Virus record (IMG/VR): IMGVR_UViG_3300023179_000031
Location: 58,467-122,466 of that record
DNA: 64,000 bases
Strand: one strand, 5' to 3'
DNA from: a virus
Shown here: in pieces, positions 40,201 through 51,800 of the stretch
Layout: every line of letters begins with the position of its first letter
How positions within the stretch are numbered: position 1 is the stretch's first letter
Made by a program: the position numbers and the translations under genes
The notes under the pieces: model-generated
Database searches by the model: none
What the model was told of the DNA's origin: nothing
The model's input: only the letters and a program-made list of their open reading frames with translations

Positions 40201-43200
40201 AATTACTTCTCTATCTTTGGTCTTAGACAAACTAACTGAATGGCCTAGCTGTCTTCCTTCTTGACCAACATGCCATTGTGTTTCTAATCCTCTGAATGGT
40301 AATAGCGAACCATTAGAATCATAGAAAAGTTTGGAATATCTATCAAAGTAATCTCGTTTAAATCCATCTGGTAATGATAGTTTTGCTTCAAGCGACCAAG
40401 GTGATTTATCTAACTGGTTTGACCAATCAAAACCGCTTGGTTCTGGATTTCTTCTGTAAACAAAAACAGCGCCAGCATCTGATAACTCATATCCATCAAC
40501 ATCTTGTATATCGTGGAATGGAGCGCCAATTACCATCAAATCATCTTTGATAGCTATAGACTTACCGAATTGATCATCAACATTCCTATCGCTTTCTAAA
40601 GGAACGATCTTAAGACCAGAATATCCAACATCTTCATTGTAGCCATATTCCCATTCTGACATTTCTCTTGGAACGTCAATAATACCACTTGTTCCCGTTT
40701 TACCAACAAGAGTAATATTATAAGGAGCTTGAGGAATAAGTTTATCAAATTTGCGAATACCATAAAAATTACCACTATATCCAACATCTAAATTGGTATA
40801 TGTAGTTAATGCTCTTAATACACCACCATCGACACAGGTTGAATCGTACCATTTTGTGTCGTGTGTTACTACTGAAAGCTCTTGGCACGTTCCTCCGTTA
40901 TCACACTCTCCGTAGCATATTGTTTGAACGCCTCGTATTTCATTATTAGCATCAAAAAATGCTAGATAATTATCTTGTACTGTAATATCTTTTCCAACAT
41001 TATCTTTGTTCCATAAGAAACTTTCTAATTGATTTGCTCCAGTGTTGACTGTAGATTTATTGAATACCATTAAAGGCATCAATGCATTTGAATTGACAAT
41101 GTTATTAATTGCATCAATGACAAATGGTAAAGATTCACTAACAATTGGGTCTGGAATGGGACCACTTACATATAGTGGAGCAGACACATTTAGATAATCT
41201 GATAATGGTGGAAATCCGCCACGAACAAATAGGTCAAAAGAGTTAGTATTGGTTATTGGTGGATTACAAGTGAATAATACTAATGTTGCATTTGCTGAAG
41301 GATTAGTTTGATTATTTTGAATGTACAAACCTAAAGTTGTATCATCATATTTATCTGTTCTGCCAGCTACGAATAGGGTTGGGCCATATACTGGTCCAGC
41401 ACCAAATAATTCATCATCTGGCGATGCTCCAAAATTATTTTCTGTAAATGTTGGTGCGCCAATATACCCAACGGTTACGGAGTGTAATGGCATACTATCA
41501 TTTAAGAAATATGTACCAGATGTAAATAATGACATAGAATCTGTTTGTGGTATTAACAGATATCCAGAAGCATACATTGTTAATCCGTTGCCAGATGTAT
41601 CAACAGTTCCAAATGTATTTGGGAGAGATAGAGGCATAACCTCTCTTTCTCTAGCTTCGCCACTAATAGCTAAGTTGAAATTTAAAGATTCTACTGTCTC
41701 AGCTTTGAGTAAAGCGTTTTCTAATTTGACATGTGCAGAATGAATTTTAATCTTAGATTCATAATGTCCAGATGGATAAACCAAATCGTACTGTAGAAAC
41801 ATTTCATCAACATCTTTAGAAAAGAATTTATGGTTAAGTTCTGTGACATTCTTAGATGTCACAAAGTTAGACCAAGGTTCTGTTGATTTATCAGTAAGAC
41901 TATTAATAGTGAATTTACTGCTTATTTTTGACCAGCAGGCTTTTGGATCTATATGATGAATACTTCTATTGATTAATCCCCAATTTGTTGTATCAAACAA
42001 ATCTGAATCTTTTGACTTAGTATAAAGGCTGACAATTAATCTAGGACCAATTGTGCCGTCTTCCCATACTATATCATTAGTTGTTTCATGTTGCAGTATC
42101 GTGTCAACGACAAACCCATTTTCATTAAATGAATATCCGCGTGGTAAAGCTTTAGTTATTCTTGGTGCAACAGAGAACAATCTGCTAGTATTACCACCAA
42201 GATTAAATCGAAGCATATCATTTTCTAGCTGTGAGTGGTAGGCTAGATTAGATGCCAATACATTAGATGGAAGAGGTATATTGGTTAAATTGCTATATGT
42301 TGATCCATCTGTTTTGAAATTGTGAACAATGAAATCTTTGCCAATTCTTGTTTTAAGAATGTCATAGGATGAGAAGAAATCGCAATATTTGAATGCTCCC
42401 AAATGCCACTCATCTGTATTTTCATCAACATATTGCCATAATTTATATCTATCATTATCTGTAGATTCATTATCATTCCAGAACTTAACGCGATGACTAG
42501 CCAAAAAGTTTTCTGCCGTGATCTGTTGTAATCTTGAATTAGTATTATTTTCTGTTATATTTGTTCCAGAAGCATTATATTGAGAAATGCCAATTTCGCT
42601 GATGAATCCATTAATTCCTATTCCAGAGCCATCAGAGTAACCAAAGACTAAGTTACTATTACCACTAATAATATCAAATGGCTCAGAACTTGCTCTTAAA
42701 ACATTAAATTCTCCATTAACTATTTCATTATCTATATAAAGCTTTAATTTTCTTGAGTTGTTATCATTATATGTAAGTAATATTGATAGCGGATATTGAT
42801 AATCTACATATGTTAATGAATCTTCAATGGTAATAACGTTGCCGCTGATATCCTTTGCGTTTGCGCATAGATGTCCATTATTATATCCAAGTGTAAATTC
42901 AAGGTTGGAATCACCGTCCCATTTAGAAACAATAACTCCAGAATTGAATAGATTAAAATCTACTCCACTTATAGTAGAATCTGGACAGAATCTGGTAAAT
43001 ATGGAGAACCCACCAGAAATACTGATATTGCCAAAATTAATATTTGAAGTAGATCCAGATACTCTAACTGCATTATCAAATGAATCTAGAATATGACCAT
43101 ATAGATCATGACTGGAATTTGTCCAATCTAGAGTTTTATATGATCTCTCTTGGTTTTGGAAAAGCCCAGAAGCATTGAATCTCAAACCAACATTTCTTAT

Positions 43201-45840
43201 TAATGTATTTTCATTTTTACCGATTAATAATCCACTAATATGATTAGTGTCTTCAGATGTAGATAGTATAACATCGTCATTTATCTTATTGAAATCGAAG
43301 TATCCATTAAGGAATGGCTCTTCTAACTGTGGATTATAGAATGAAAAACTGAAATCTAATGGATCGAATGGGCCAGCAAAAATAGATCCATCAACACCTC
43401 TCCACCTACGTGAATAATTAGTTTTAAGAGTTGATGGAGATTTATATGCTTGTGGAATATCTTCAATTAATGATAATGGTGCTTCTGTCCAAACAGCATT
43501 GAGTGGTTTATCTTTAGTTTTCCTTGGAGAAGGATAGATATGAATTTCTCTTTGAGCTAATTCTTTTTCTTGATATCCAAATGTATATAATGGTAATGCA
43601 TTAGAGGGTTTATATTTAATAACTAGATTTGCTTTGGCAAAAGATGCTCCGCTTGGTAGAGGATAAATATCAATATATAGATTCTCAAAGAAAGAACTCA
43701 TTGAGTAATCTTTGGCAAAACCAAGCTCAACTGGATCTTGATATATCTTTAGAGGTATGATATAATTTTGGAAAGATGTTCCACTAACAACTGGGGTAGA
43801 CGAAATAACATAATGATCTTTAGCTGGATTAAGAGTTATTTGTTTTTCAAAGTATTGATCTTTATCCGAAAGAGTTTCTGCGCCAAGGGATAATTCATTG
43901 GTTTCATGTTGACCAGAAACTAATGGAACTAAAGAGTTATTTATTGGATCATATACTTCATCGTTTTGTAGAAATCCACCAATTGCTGGAGTTATGTTAA
44001 TTACACCATCATCACTATATCCAACAACGTCTATTGTATAATCTGGCGAACCTTCAGCCTTTTTAGCACTAATATGAAGCTCTATAGAATCAATAGTGAA
44101 AAAAATATCATTACTATATACTAGTTCTTTATTGGAACTACTTAGTGATTTATTTCTGCTCTTACCACCAAAATTGAAAGACCCGCCCGTTTGTTGCTTG
44201 ATTCCAAACGGTGGTTCATGTTTATATTGTAATTGCAGTTTGCCAGAATTAGTTACGCTTGAAGTAGAATCTAGAGTAATATTTCCAACTGTAAAAATAT
44301 TGCGTAATCTGTCTGTAAGTACGGCTTGCCCGCTATTACTTGTATTTGTAGAGATATTTCCATCTATATCTGGAGATGATTCCCATATTGTGTTTGCAAC
44401 CGGATAAATTCCAGTATCAAAATCAGAAGATAATACATTAAAAGGATATATAATTCTTTCTAGTCTATTGCCGGTAGGCTGAACTTCTGTGTGGAATCCT
44501 AGATAATTGTCATTGATTAAGCCATATACCGCTCCACTATTAGCAATTTCTATGCAAGATATTCTAAGAGAATTATTAGGATTTAATCCATATCCTTGAG
44601 TTCTTGTTGATAGTGGAGATCCATCAATAGCTAGATAATTATTTTGACTATCTTCAACAAAATCCAGCTTGCATTCATCTTCATAGCCGCCACTAAATGC
44701 GCGAGAGAATGGGTTATGTAAACAGTCAACTGTAAAATCAAGATTTAAAGTATATCCACTAGCTTCACCTAGAATTGGAAACTTTGGCTCCCAAGTGTGC
44801 AATGATGCATAATTTACTTCTGGTTCTGTTACATATGTTGTAAAGTTGTGTTGATCTTCTTTTAGATAGTTACCGTCACCACGGAAAGTAATATCTTTAT
44901 ATTTAACAATGAGATTTCCAGATGGGTCTTCTAGTTTTATATTGTGAATCTTGTAAATTGCTGGAACATCTGACTCATAAGAAATTAGTGGCGCTGCTGC
45001 TCTTATAAATAAGAAGCTTTCTTTGGGCGTAATTGATGGTGGTAACACTTCGCATTTGTATGTAAAATCGCCCTGAGAGTAGATTGACGAAGGGTGAATG
45101 AACGTAGACGCATCATCAGAAATTCTAGTACTTTTATCTCCATTATCCGTATAATTACCAATGAATAGCCCGTCATCAACACTTTGGTATATATTGCCAG
45201 ATGAGAGATCTTTATTAACAAAGTAAACATCGTTAGATGCTGTTACTATATCTCTAATTGGATAGAGTTTTTGTGTTGCTCTAAATCGTAGCAAAGACTT
45301 GATTTTGCCAAGAGTGCCGCCTATCTTATCAGTATAGATATTTCTAAATTGACCAATGGCACGAATCTTGGACTCTAGATTGTTACTTGATAATGTAAGA
45401 AAGCCAGAAAATCCAGAGTTATCTTGGCTTGTGTCAATTGCTGGATTAATATCGCTATATGGATTAATAACATTAAGAACTCTAGCATTATTAACTTTAA
45501 TAGCTAGAATATCACTTTCATCATCAACTACGTATGTCTGGTCGTTTACGCGATATTGTCTAGAATTCAGAATTCTAAAAGAACCAATGCAAGATAACCT
45601 ATTTTCTGACCTTGTGATAACAACTGGTTGAGATGGAGCAGCGCCGAATAAAAGTTCTTCAGATTGACCAAATAGTCGTTGATTATTACTAAAACCAATA
45701 TTGATATTTATACCACAGTTTGCTTTTATTGAGCCACTACCCTCTACTATTTTAGACGGCCTGTGAATAACTGTAGCATTGGCTTTGAGTGCGCCGCTAG
45801 CAAGATTTTTAGCACTTGTCTGCTGTAATATACAATCCAT
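34213..45840 (-). CDS. Giant 3875-aa virion protein with LamG-like domain and seven FG-GAP repeats
   Basis: Seven D/RxFGxS..(I/V)GAP-type repeats; LamG-like IVSKW..LYID..GFISEI segment. Confidence 0.8.
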   Translation of the reverse strand: MDCILQQTSAKNLASGALKANATVIHRPSKIVEGSGSIKANCGININIGFSNNQRLFGQSEELLFGAAPSQPVVITRSENRLSCIGSFRILNSRQYRVNDQTYVVDDESDILAIKVNNARVLNVINPYSDINPAIDTSQDNSGFSGFLTLSSNNLESKIRAIGQFRNIYTDKIGGTLGKIKSLLRFRATQKLYPIRDIVTASNDVYFVNKDLSSGNIYQSVDDGLFIGNYTDNGDKSTRISDDASTFIHPSSIYSQGDFTYKCEVLPPSITPKESFLFIRAAAPLISYESDVPAIYKIHNIKLEDPSGNLIVKYKDITFRGDGNYLKEDQHNFTTYVTEPEVNYASLHTWEPKFPILGEASGYTLNLDFTVDCLHNPFSRAFSGGYEDECKLDFVEDSQNNYLAIDGSPLSTRTQGYGLNPNNSLRISCIEIANSGAVYGLINDNYLGFHTEVQPTGNRLERIIYPFNVLSSDFDTGIYPVANTIWESSPDIDGNISTNTSNSGQAVLTDRLRNIFTVGNITLDSTSSVTNSGKLQLQYKHEPPFGIKQQTGGSFNFGGKSRNKSLSSSNKELVYSNDIFFTIDSIELHISAKKAEGSPDYTIDVVGYSDDGVINITPAIGGFLQNDEVYDPINNSLVPLVSGQHETNELSLGAETLSDKDQYFEKQITLNPAKDHYVISSTPVVSGTSFQNYIIPLKIYQDPVELGFAKDYSMSSFFENLYIDIYPLPSGASFAKANLVIKYKPSNALPLYTFGYQEKELAQREIHIYPSPRKTKDKPLNAVWTEAPLSLIEDIPQAYKSPSTLKTNYSRRWRGVDGSIFAGPFDPLDFSFSFYNPQLEEPFLNGYFDFNKINDDVILSTSEDTNHISGLLIGKNENTLIRNVGLRFNASGLFQNQERSYKTLDWTNSSHDLYGHILDSFDNAVRVSGSTSNINFGNISISGGFSIFTRFCPDSTISGVDFNLFNSGVIVSKWDGDSNLEFTLGYNNGHLCANAKDISGNVITIEDSLTYVDYQYPLSILLTYNDNNSRKLKLYIDNEIVNGEFNVLRASSEPFDIISGNSNLVFGYSDGSGIGINGFISEIGISQYNASGTNITENNTNSRLQQITAENFLASHRVKFWNDNESTDNDRYKLWQYVDENTDEWHLGAFKYCDFFSSYDILKTRIGKDFIVHNFKTDGSTYSNLTNIPLPSNVLASNLAYHSQLENDMLRFNLGGNTSRLFSVAPRITKALPRGYSFNENGFVVDTILQHETTNDIVWEDGTIGPRLIVSLYTKSKDSDLFDTTNWGLINRSIHHIDPKACWSKISSKFTINSLTDKSTEPWSNFVTSKNVTELNHKFFSKDVDEMFLQYDLVYPSGHYESKIKIHSAHVKLENALLKAETVESLNFNLAISGEAREREVMPLSLPNTFGTVDTSGNGLTMYASGYLLIPQTDSMSLFTSGTYFLNDSMPLHSVTVGYIGAPTFTENNFGASPDDELFGAGPVYGPTLFVAGRTDKYDDTTLGLYIQNNQTNPSANATLVLFTCNPPITNTNSFDLFVRGGFPPLSDYLNVSAPLYVSGPIPDPIVSESLPFVIDAINNIVNSNALMPLMVFNKSTVNTGANQLESFLWNKDNVGKDITVQDNYLAFFDANNEIRGVQTICYGECDNGGTCQELSVVTHDTKWYDSTCVDGGVLRALTTYTNLDVGYSGNFYGIRKFDKLIPQAPYNITLVGKTGTSGIIDVPREMSEWEYGYNEDVGYSGLKIVPLESDRNVDDQFGKSIAIKDDLMVIGAPFHDIQDVDGYELSDAGAVFVYRRNPEPSGFDWSNQLDKSPWSLEAKLSLPDGFKRDYFDRYSKLFYDSNGSLLPFRGLETQWHVGQEGRQLGHSVSLSKTKDREVIVAGGPSCKWTRTFNSIQTEPINIGLFIFTDEFTPTFPYPCIKPNECVTYKDILPFIKEKDALFKYFCDPAVSFNVQIIICEPILGTNSSPSPDFSDPKPDFVTKYQIHRHTYYNRNTTQFATKNNQIFDDIKSIFHEVFPIDTTKIHNNIPPVLGFYIDNSASLGSRALQPALDQFISYYKSFSYASGLRDFNNNPTSGYCNVTVAIDENWIAQSETLIADTLDTGRMIVNNTFTLFANNLGQFNLSASDFNVPPASGGSVYVYEKSNNDWELIQEIKSPTTLSSVAPDRFGHAVTISESGNIIVVGSPYIEQAVSIYEYRPQVKEQKYDLFPHWLNQAASNSPLGGEIYELNRRLQSALYLSTPSSEKQIIKEFYSELSPSGKFEFRKDLNLQEYQLIKTVTYSDINPTNGSWDFLIEKFAPTSRLGYSVACNEDGSLVAIGAPTDSMGAQDNANIWWKPGFTRDTQWQSYVNAGAIRVLEGRDYYPHNKVVEYGKFGNLHSILSPEEDAPFFNHMSAIYANNFGVQFEKTSFAETEIPQDAGTLFIITPAVNAASNEIVDKIQDWLALGDRNLVLVGNDPIWEENGAYADSNLVINYLLERLDSRMRLHPARNRYESLVDSNLDINVIPSFVPSHTTSSYILPSNLKSSGVADIRLYDPNVSYGYSCTHDGKAGTNYTDLNNKCEMPLQHNGDIRAKFNLPCTNMRGQPIFYEMNLAMYFGTVTPAAYGCDGGSYVNSQTYQYEPIPIMSAAEKILKYTTYPAIPPRTEVYNYKEAVGQSPNGKYAIFGNNPDSGVAFIWSSNSGNYIDLNRNIGLNVNKSAFFDPPEYNGKDALLMATAEVKSSTVNTKPVVSDKFYYAAEENYKNTSSSVVIIAGTFTESREALLSSTADKNLNFYGNIVAKDADGNARIAQLGGWTNITSFKQGDNQSDLLNRLTSLGNLIDENVSSYNLSVPSNGYDVAWIANTTEIPSEEDFARIIDWLNQGNKKLVITYGQNPSSTSSKSIDEPFAEQYTTSAARVVELLCQKLELSMRPLFLSGKNKYATKNDAINKYSLTNTDIVINTDYDPIYRGKRIGYNPDSKISIYSLVNGYPEDIIPIQVNSAIPLAYFDTGITDDSFVEYGIPQIKTGIAKVTFPVLGGSGYRVYFNTVSESPLENSLLGFQISNCSSSASLNPTNYGSIANIYDYDLNDQQSILEQVFVGINISKDRTNFFVPSNYYGEPDSHYVDIQVPSGSNFISIYIDGTKLNYPAISKPNTIRTQRLLSISGVLLPIEEIVTFETVYENKSSTIIIPEVPERTVSNEYTREISTSSSKYCPTDLCASYFDDPEIADGPVVVAQEIYHQRPFNAGVAKSRITLISDASLIQGRTIANGDNINQALVNFLGSLYPRTSFPSANSGRQYDYMTKLVAPERGSPQKYVNAYNNSGLNLRFNSSTNNGLASSLFSDQDYLIDTSVGGYGSPMLPELGQGPTYMTAREIPLTDQIAIRQLRANLISTFNEYQYEYGATTKFSGVINGKMYADASVYGGMPEIMKDTGYDYLDFDKLPSGYPGDLFGYSLAIKNNKIYVGAPFAAFSGESPISWNTVKTNTPSGQIFGTEVGFNGGAGSVYVFEKTYKASGIGGKTVPWECVKKFRPKEINVGNVNSITTDQFGYSISIDGDILAIGAPGHDYDNYAVDSSSPFIRKEFNEQFDIQTRAVYDLGSQQNRNQFGSGIVSQNNGAIFTYENKIDNWGAKTQNWVSIHKLVPQGYNARGENDFFSKSISLDRSRRKDGDYTLAVGSPQHQFGSSINDDQLSNAGSVYVYDGMLRKLKPSFAHPDSFITGRIFGDMSVEQPYTYFQFKNGNLQDNRVYFNSIIFANNKGEIFIDAFGHDMIEKGFIVHRPFVEQLKGSYFYGIQNVNYARLFTHGKPSENSSILPLFNQGTGHDNVYNTLGLYENAVLGTSSGTPFSLYANGKLVDFVESSGLNLFNSGAEVGSGMLALNIRGKQ

Positions 45841-45861
45841 AAATATCCTATATTTTACAAT

Positions 45862-48800
45862 TTATTTTTGAGGCGGTAATACTGATCCGCTTCTTACGAG
45901 TTTCCCATCATTACCTACACTATAATTCTTAATTTCTTCGCCAAGATAATGAAATAATTTACTTTGTACCGTATCTGTAAGATCTTTGAGAAAAGATGTG
46001 CCGTTGAGATTTACGTTAACATTTGTTGTATCTAGTGTAATTTTGAATTTAGTATTAGCTAAATTTGTAATATTTGTTGCTAAACTAGTATTAAAATTAG
46101 TCAAATATTTTGCTAATTGACCTAAAGATTCTAGATTAAAACCAAATCCACCGCCACCTCTTTCTGCTTGTGTGGAACCGCCATCTCTATATCTTACTAT
46201 TCCACCTGTCGCCATCGTGACAGCTTCGCCAGATTGCGAAGAAGATGGTGAGCTACCCCTGTTCATGGCTTGTAAAATAGATAGATTATTATTTCTTTGA
46301 ACAGCTTCTCTTCTCACAACGAACTCTCCGGGGGTTAGCATAGCTGGAATAGTATCTGTACCGCGAGGCACAAATATACCACGGCTAGCATATACCATAC
46401 CGCCGGTAGCCATTAGTTCAGCACCTAAAGCTCTTCCTTTTTCTACAGCGTTTTGTAATATAATTTCGGCTTTATCTACATTCATTTGAGCGGTCTGCAC
46501 ATCTATTTGTGATAAATCTTGTCCTAGCTGTCCAGTTTCTCCAAGAGCGCCACCAAGTTCTCTTAATCTAGCTTTAGACGCTTCTTCTTGACCAGTAGTG
46601 CCAGCGGCAACTTGAGCCATAGCTAATGGATTTTGAATACCAGCAGTAGAAAGAGCAGCACCATATGTTCTTTCAGTTAAACCTCTGGGACCAGCAAGAT
46701 TTTGTCCATATATAGATGTAACTCCAGCCTCTTGTTGTCTTTTTGTTTCTTTTGCTGCGTCTCCAAGAGCGCTCATTCCAAATTGTCGAATCATTCTTTG
46801 GTCGCCAGTAGCAACGGCGGCTTGCGCCCCAATGGCGGCTTGTTGGTCAAAGAATTTTTCTATGTCACCAGAAACTAATGAATCTACTGAGTCTCTTTCT
46901 AATTTATTTTTCTCAGAGATCAATTTTAAGTTTTCTTCTTCAAGTTTAACTAACTCTCTAATAGTTTGTATTTGATCTTTTTGAGCTTGTTTTAAATCTT
47001 GCTGCTGTTGTCTTAATTCCTGCCCGCCTTTAGTCCCAGAACCTTCTCCAGCATCTATCCTTTTTTGATTACTAGCAAATCTTTTCTGAATTTCTTGAGA
47101 TCTTGCTGTAAAATCTGCACCACTGGCCGATTTTAATGCTGGTAAGCCCGTTAAATTATTACTTGCATTAGCTTTTGTTAATACTGAAGCTCTTTTTTCT
47201 TCTATTGTTAATTTTGGACCGCCATATTTTGATTGAATTTCTCTACCTTCCATCATCAAATCTTGAGCTTCTTTAACAGATTGGATATAGCTTCTTTCTG
47301 TGTCAATTCTCTCTTTGGTTAATTTTACTAAAACGTCTTGAGCTTTTTGGTAATCTTGTAATACTTTTTGTACTGGCTCAAAAAATTTCTTCCCTTGTTC
47401 TCCTAAAGCATCAGCAATGCCACTATAATCACCTCTTGCAATTTGATCCGTTATTGCGTCTGTAAGCTCTATGCCGTTAACAATATTTTTAAATTCTTCT
47501 GGCGCTCCTTCACCGAGTTTTTCAGCAAATTTTTTCCTTATTTCTTCTGGAGTAAATGATTTTCCAGAAGCGCTTTGTTCATCTTTTATTTGTTGTGATA
47601 CATCTTTATACTTTACTTGTGCTGAATTAAAAGCTCCAGACATGCCTTGGAATTTTTCTACTTGCGCAAGAGAAGCTCCTAAATCTGTTAATGTAGAACT
47701 AACTTGGGCTGTTGCTTTATCTAATGATGCTTGATCCATAGCTGCACCAGCGGATGTTGCAGATGCTTCTAATAGACCGATAGCATTAACTGCTGGTAAT
47801 GCAGTTCCTTCTATTTGGGCAGCAAAATTTTGTAATTCTGCCGCAGCAGCGCCAGCGCCAGCCGCTGGACCACGAAGACCAAGATTAAGAGCTTGAAGAG
47901 ACTTCTCTAGTCTTTCCTGTTCTTTAATTAAATTACTAATACTTTTTTCATATTCTTCAGCTTGTTTTCTAAGCGCTGCACCTTGTTCTGCGTAGGCGGT
48001 TCCAGTTTCTGTATCTCCACGTTTATTAGCAGCGAAAGCTTTGGAAAAAGCTTCTGAAGCCTGTTTTCTAATGGCTTGCGGTCCACTGTCTCCAAGTGTG
48101 CTGTCTAGACCTGTGGAAATTTCCTCTTTAGTTTTACCAGCTTTAATACTAGACAATATAGAGGTTCTTGCAGTTGCAAGACCAACCTGCTTGTTGATAT
48201 CATTAGCCTGTAATACTGAAGCTTTTTGTCCTTCTATAGTTTTAGAATTCTCGCTATCTATTCTTTTATTTCTTGTGTCTGCCGTTTCCATTCCGAATAA
48301 ACCGCCGCCTAAATAAGCACCAAGATTTCTAGCTATAGCGCCGCTTCCAATTTCTGATTTATTTTCATTATTTTTTGTAACAGCTTTTTCATTTTTTTGT
48401 TGAAGATTATTTACTTCTTGTGTTGCATATTGAACTTTTCTTAGTGCCTCTGCCGCAGTCATAGTTCCAGCTTGAAAATCTTTAATACTTGTTTCAGCAG
48501 AGGTCTGAGCTTCAGCAAGAGCTTGGCTTGTTTTTACAGCTTGAGCTTGAGCTTCTGCTAAAGCTATTGCGCTAGCCTTGGTATTTCCACCAAAAAGAAT
48601 ATTGAGACTTTCAGTAAGTCCCGGCGCTGCATTTGCAAACAGTGTTCCTATTCCAGCACCTATTGTGGCACCAATAGCTGAACCTATTGGCCCACCTAGG
48701 AAAAATCCAATTCCAGCACCAGCCGTCGCACCAGCAGTCCTAGCTGTATTAGCAGTTTCTAATTCATATTTTTGTCCAGCAACTTTACCAGCTTTTGATA

Positions 48801-51800
48801 CATCTCCTTTACTGATGGCTTTTTTGAGTTGATTATCATAATCATACATAGAACTTATTAATGTATTAAATACTGAAGAAACAACTAATGCTGAACCTCC
48901 AATTGCTATAAGTGGGCCAGCTAATGAAACTAAATTGGTAATTAGTGGACCGGCGGCTTGAGTGATGCCTGTCATTGCGCCACTAAGTTTAGTTCCTACC
49001 GAACTAGCTACATTTCCTAGGCCAACTTTGCTTGCTGCTAATTGTACCCCAGAGCCTATTCCAGACATGGCATAACCACCAACATTTTGAAAACTTTTTC
49101 CAACAAAATTAGCGCTATTCATGGCGGCGTTAGTGGCATTACCAGCCGCTCCACTTTGACTTGATGCTTTTCCAATGTTTTGAGCAAATTTTCCAGTAAC
49201 TGATGTTGGAGTAGATGATCGCTGTGTTCTTAGTTCTCTAATTTGATCTGCTCTCGTTTGTCTAGATAATTGCTGCATCGGAGTATCATTTCTAACAAAT
49301 CGTCCGCTTGCAGTATCATAAGCCCCACGACTATCGCCCTGTCTATTAGGGGCAGAATCTCTTAAGTTTTTAATTTTACCATCTATTTTGCCAGTTTGAA
49401 ATGCTTCTTTAAAACTTTCTCCAGCGCGCTGCTTGCCAGAAGTAACACCTCCGATAATATCTCCAAGGCTACCAGATCCAGTGCCAAGTAAAGTTTTTAA
49501 TTTGTCAACATTTAAACTAACACCAAAAGATTGTAAAGCAAAAATAACACCACCAACAGTTGTAGCCATAGACAAAAGAGAATTAGTCATTCTAGTAATA
49601 GCAGATGAGTTTTCATCTATCGGTGGAATCATGCTTTGAATGATAGATGGCAATAAAGTTAGAGCAATTAATCCACCCTGTGCATCTTGTGAGCTTCCTA
49701 CTCCAGAACTGTTAGCTTTACTTTTTCCCGAACTAACAACTGCCACACCGCTAGAAGGTGTGGCTTTTCCCGGAGTTGTATTTGGTAGAACGGTACTCGC
49801 CGTTGCGGAAGCGTTAATCACTGACGCTTGTGCAGTTTTTATTTTAGAAATTGTATTGGCATTTAATTGTTGTACTTGTTGTTTATATTGATTGGTAATA
49901 TTAGCAATTTCTTGCTGACTCTTTCCAGATGCTTGAGCAGACTTAACTTCTTGATCGTGAGCATTTTTAATTTGCTGAAAGCTTTCTTTGTAGTCGGCTT
50001 TAATAGCGTCCAAATATACTTTTTGTACATTAATGCCTTGCTTGGGGGTGGGAGAAGCACCAACTGTCGATGTGGTGGCAGTTGGCTGTGCTGCGCTTGT
50101 CGCCGCCGTGGTCACGCTAGATGTTGCTCCAGCCAGTGTCATTGCGGCAGTAGCTTTAGCAGATGCTAATTTTGCATTGGTGTCTGCTTGTAATGCGCCC
50201 ACGTATGGTTGCATACTTGTAACTATTTGATCATTTGTTTTTCCTTGTAGTAACATCGTGTTAACTAATTTACCATACGCAGCCGCTAATTGTCCTTCTT
50301 GCGTAGTTGATAAATTTGCAACATTAGCATACTCCTTTAGAGATTTAGCTAAAGTAGGCGTTATTGTTTGTAGTAATTTTATATCTTTTGAGCTTTTCTG
50401 CCAAGTTATATCAGCAATAGAAAATGTTCCTATTAGCTGTGCAACAATTTTATTAAGCAGCGTTGGAGCTTTAGTGTCAAATCCGGGAACTGGAAAATTA
50501 CTAACAACCGATTTTGTACCACCGGATGCTGTACCACCAGTAGCAAAATTTTGTACTACTCCACCCTTTGCATATTTACCAACCGTATTCATACGGTGTA
50601 AATTGCCATAACCAATTCTTTGTGCTGATGATTTATTAACAACGAACTCGCCGGGAGTTAATAGTGCTGGAACGGTATCTGTACCAACACCGCCGCCTGT
50701 AGCAAATTTTTGTATTCTAGTAGCTCCAGCACCTAAAGATAAACCTTTAGCAATAGATGAGGCAATGTTTCTTCTATTTGGTTCATTTTTAAATTCATTT
50801 GGTAAAATAAATTCATTTACACCAAATAATTTATTGGCTTGTTTACCATTTATAGAAGTAAAGTCAAATATTGCATCTGATTTGCCATCATCTGCAATAA
50901 CGTTACCAGTTACACTTCTAACAAAAGCTTCAAAAAATTGCCCTTCTATAGAATTTATGGCAGACTTAGATAGTAATTGATTGATAGTCTTTGGTGGGCT
51001 TGATACATCTAACTCGCCATTAAAATTTTTAGCGGCTTTATCAAAAGCTTTCGGAAGAATACTTGTAATATCATCTTCAAATATTTTATATCCTTGTGGA
51101 TCTAAAAATGTGGTTGTGGCTTGAGTTGCCGAAATTTTAGCGCCAGCGGGAACAGCTTCAGAAATACTTTTTTTGCCAGTAGACTTTAGTATGGCTTCTC
51201 TTAAGACTTTGGTTCCACTAGCATTACCATACTTAAATACATCATTAATAGTTGATGACATGTCAACATTACTGCCAAAACCTTTCAAAAAAGACACTCC
51301 GAATGGTTGACTCAGTGTGATATTTTTTACTTGACCTTTAGAACCTTCTTTGCCTTTTGGTCTATCTTTTGACGGTGGCGTTGTTTTAGCAGAGAATTCA
51401 GCCGCTTTAGCATCTCTTTCTTCCTTAGTCATTCTAGACCATTGACTAGAAGTAAAAGACGCTTTTGCTTTTTTATATATGCTTGCTGGAATATCATTGC
51501 CATAAGCATGTCTATTATTATTTACTATACCGCCAGCAGCAAATTTTTGTACCAATCCACCAGAATTCATTTGTGCTAGATTTTCAGCACCAAGTTTTGC
51601 TACGCTACTTTTTCTTATGACAAACTCTCCCGGCGTAAGCATAGCAGGAACAGTATCGCTATTTCCAGTGCCGGGAACTAAACCTCCAGTTGCAAAAGCG
51701 TGTACTCTACCGCCAGAATGAAATGTTCTACCAGAAGTTAATCCCGCGCCAACTCCACCTAAAAATCCACCAATACCTTTTACAGCTTTAAATGCAGCAA

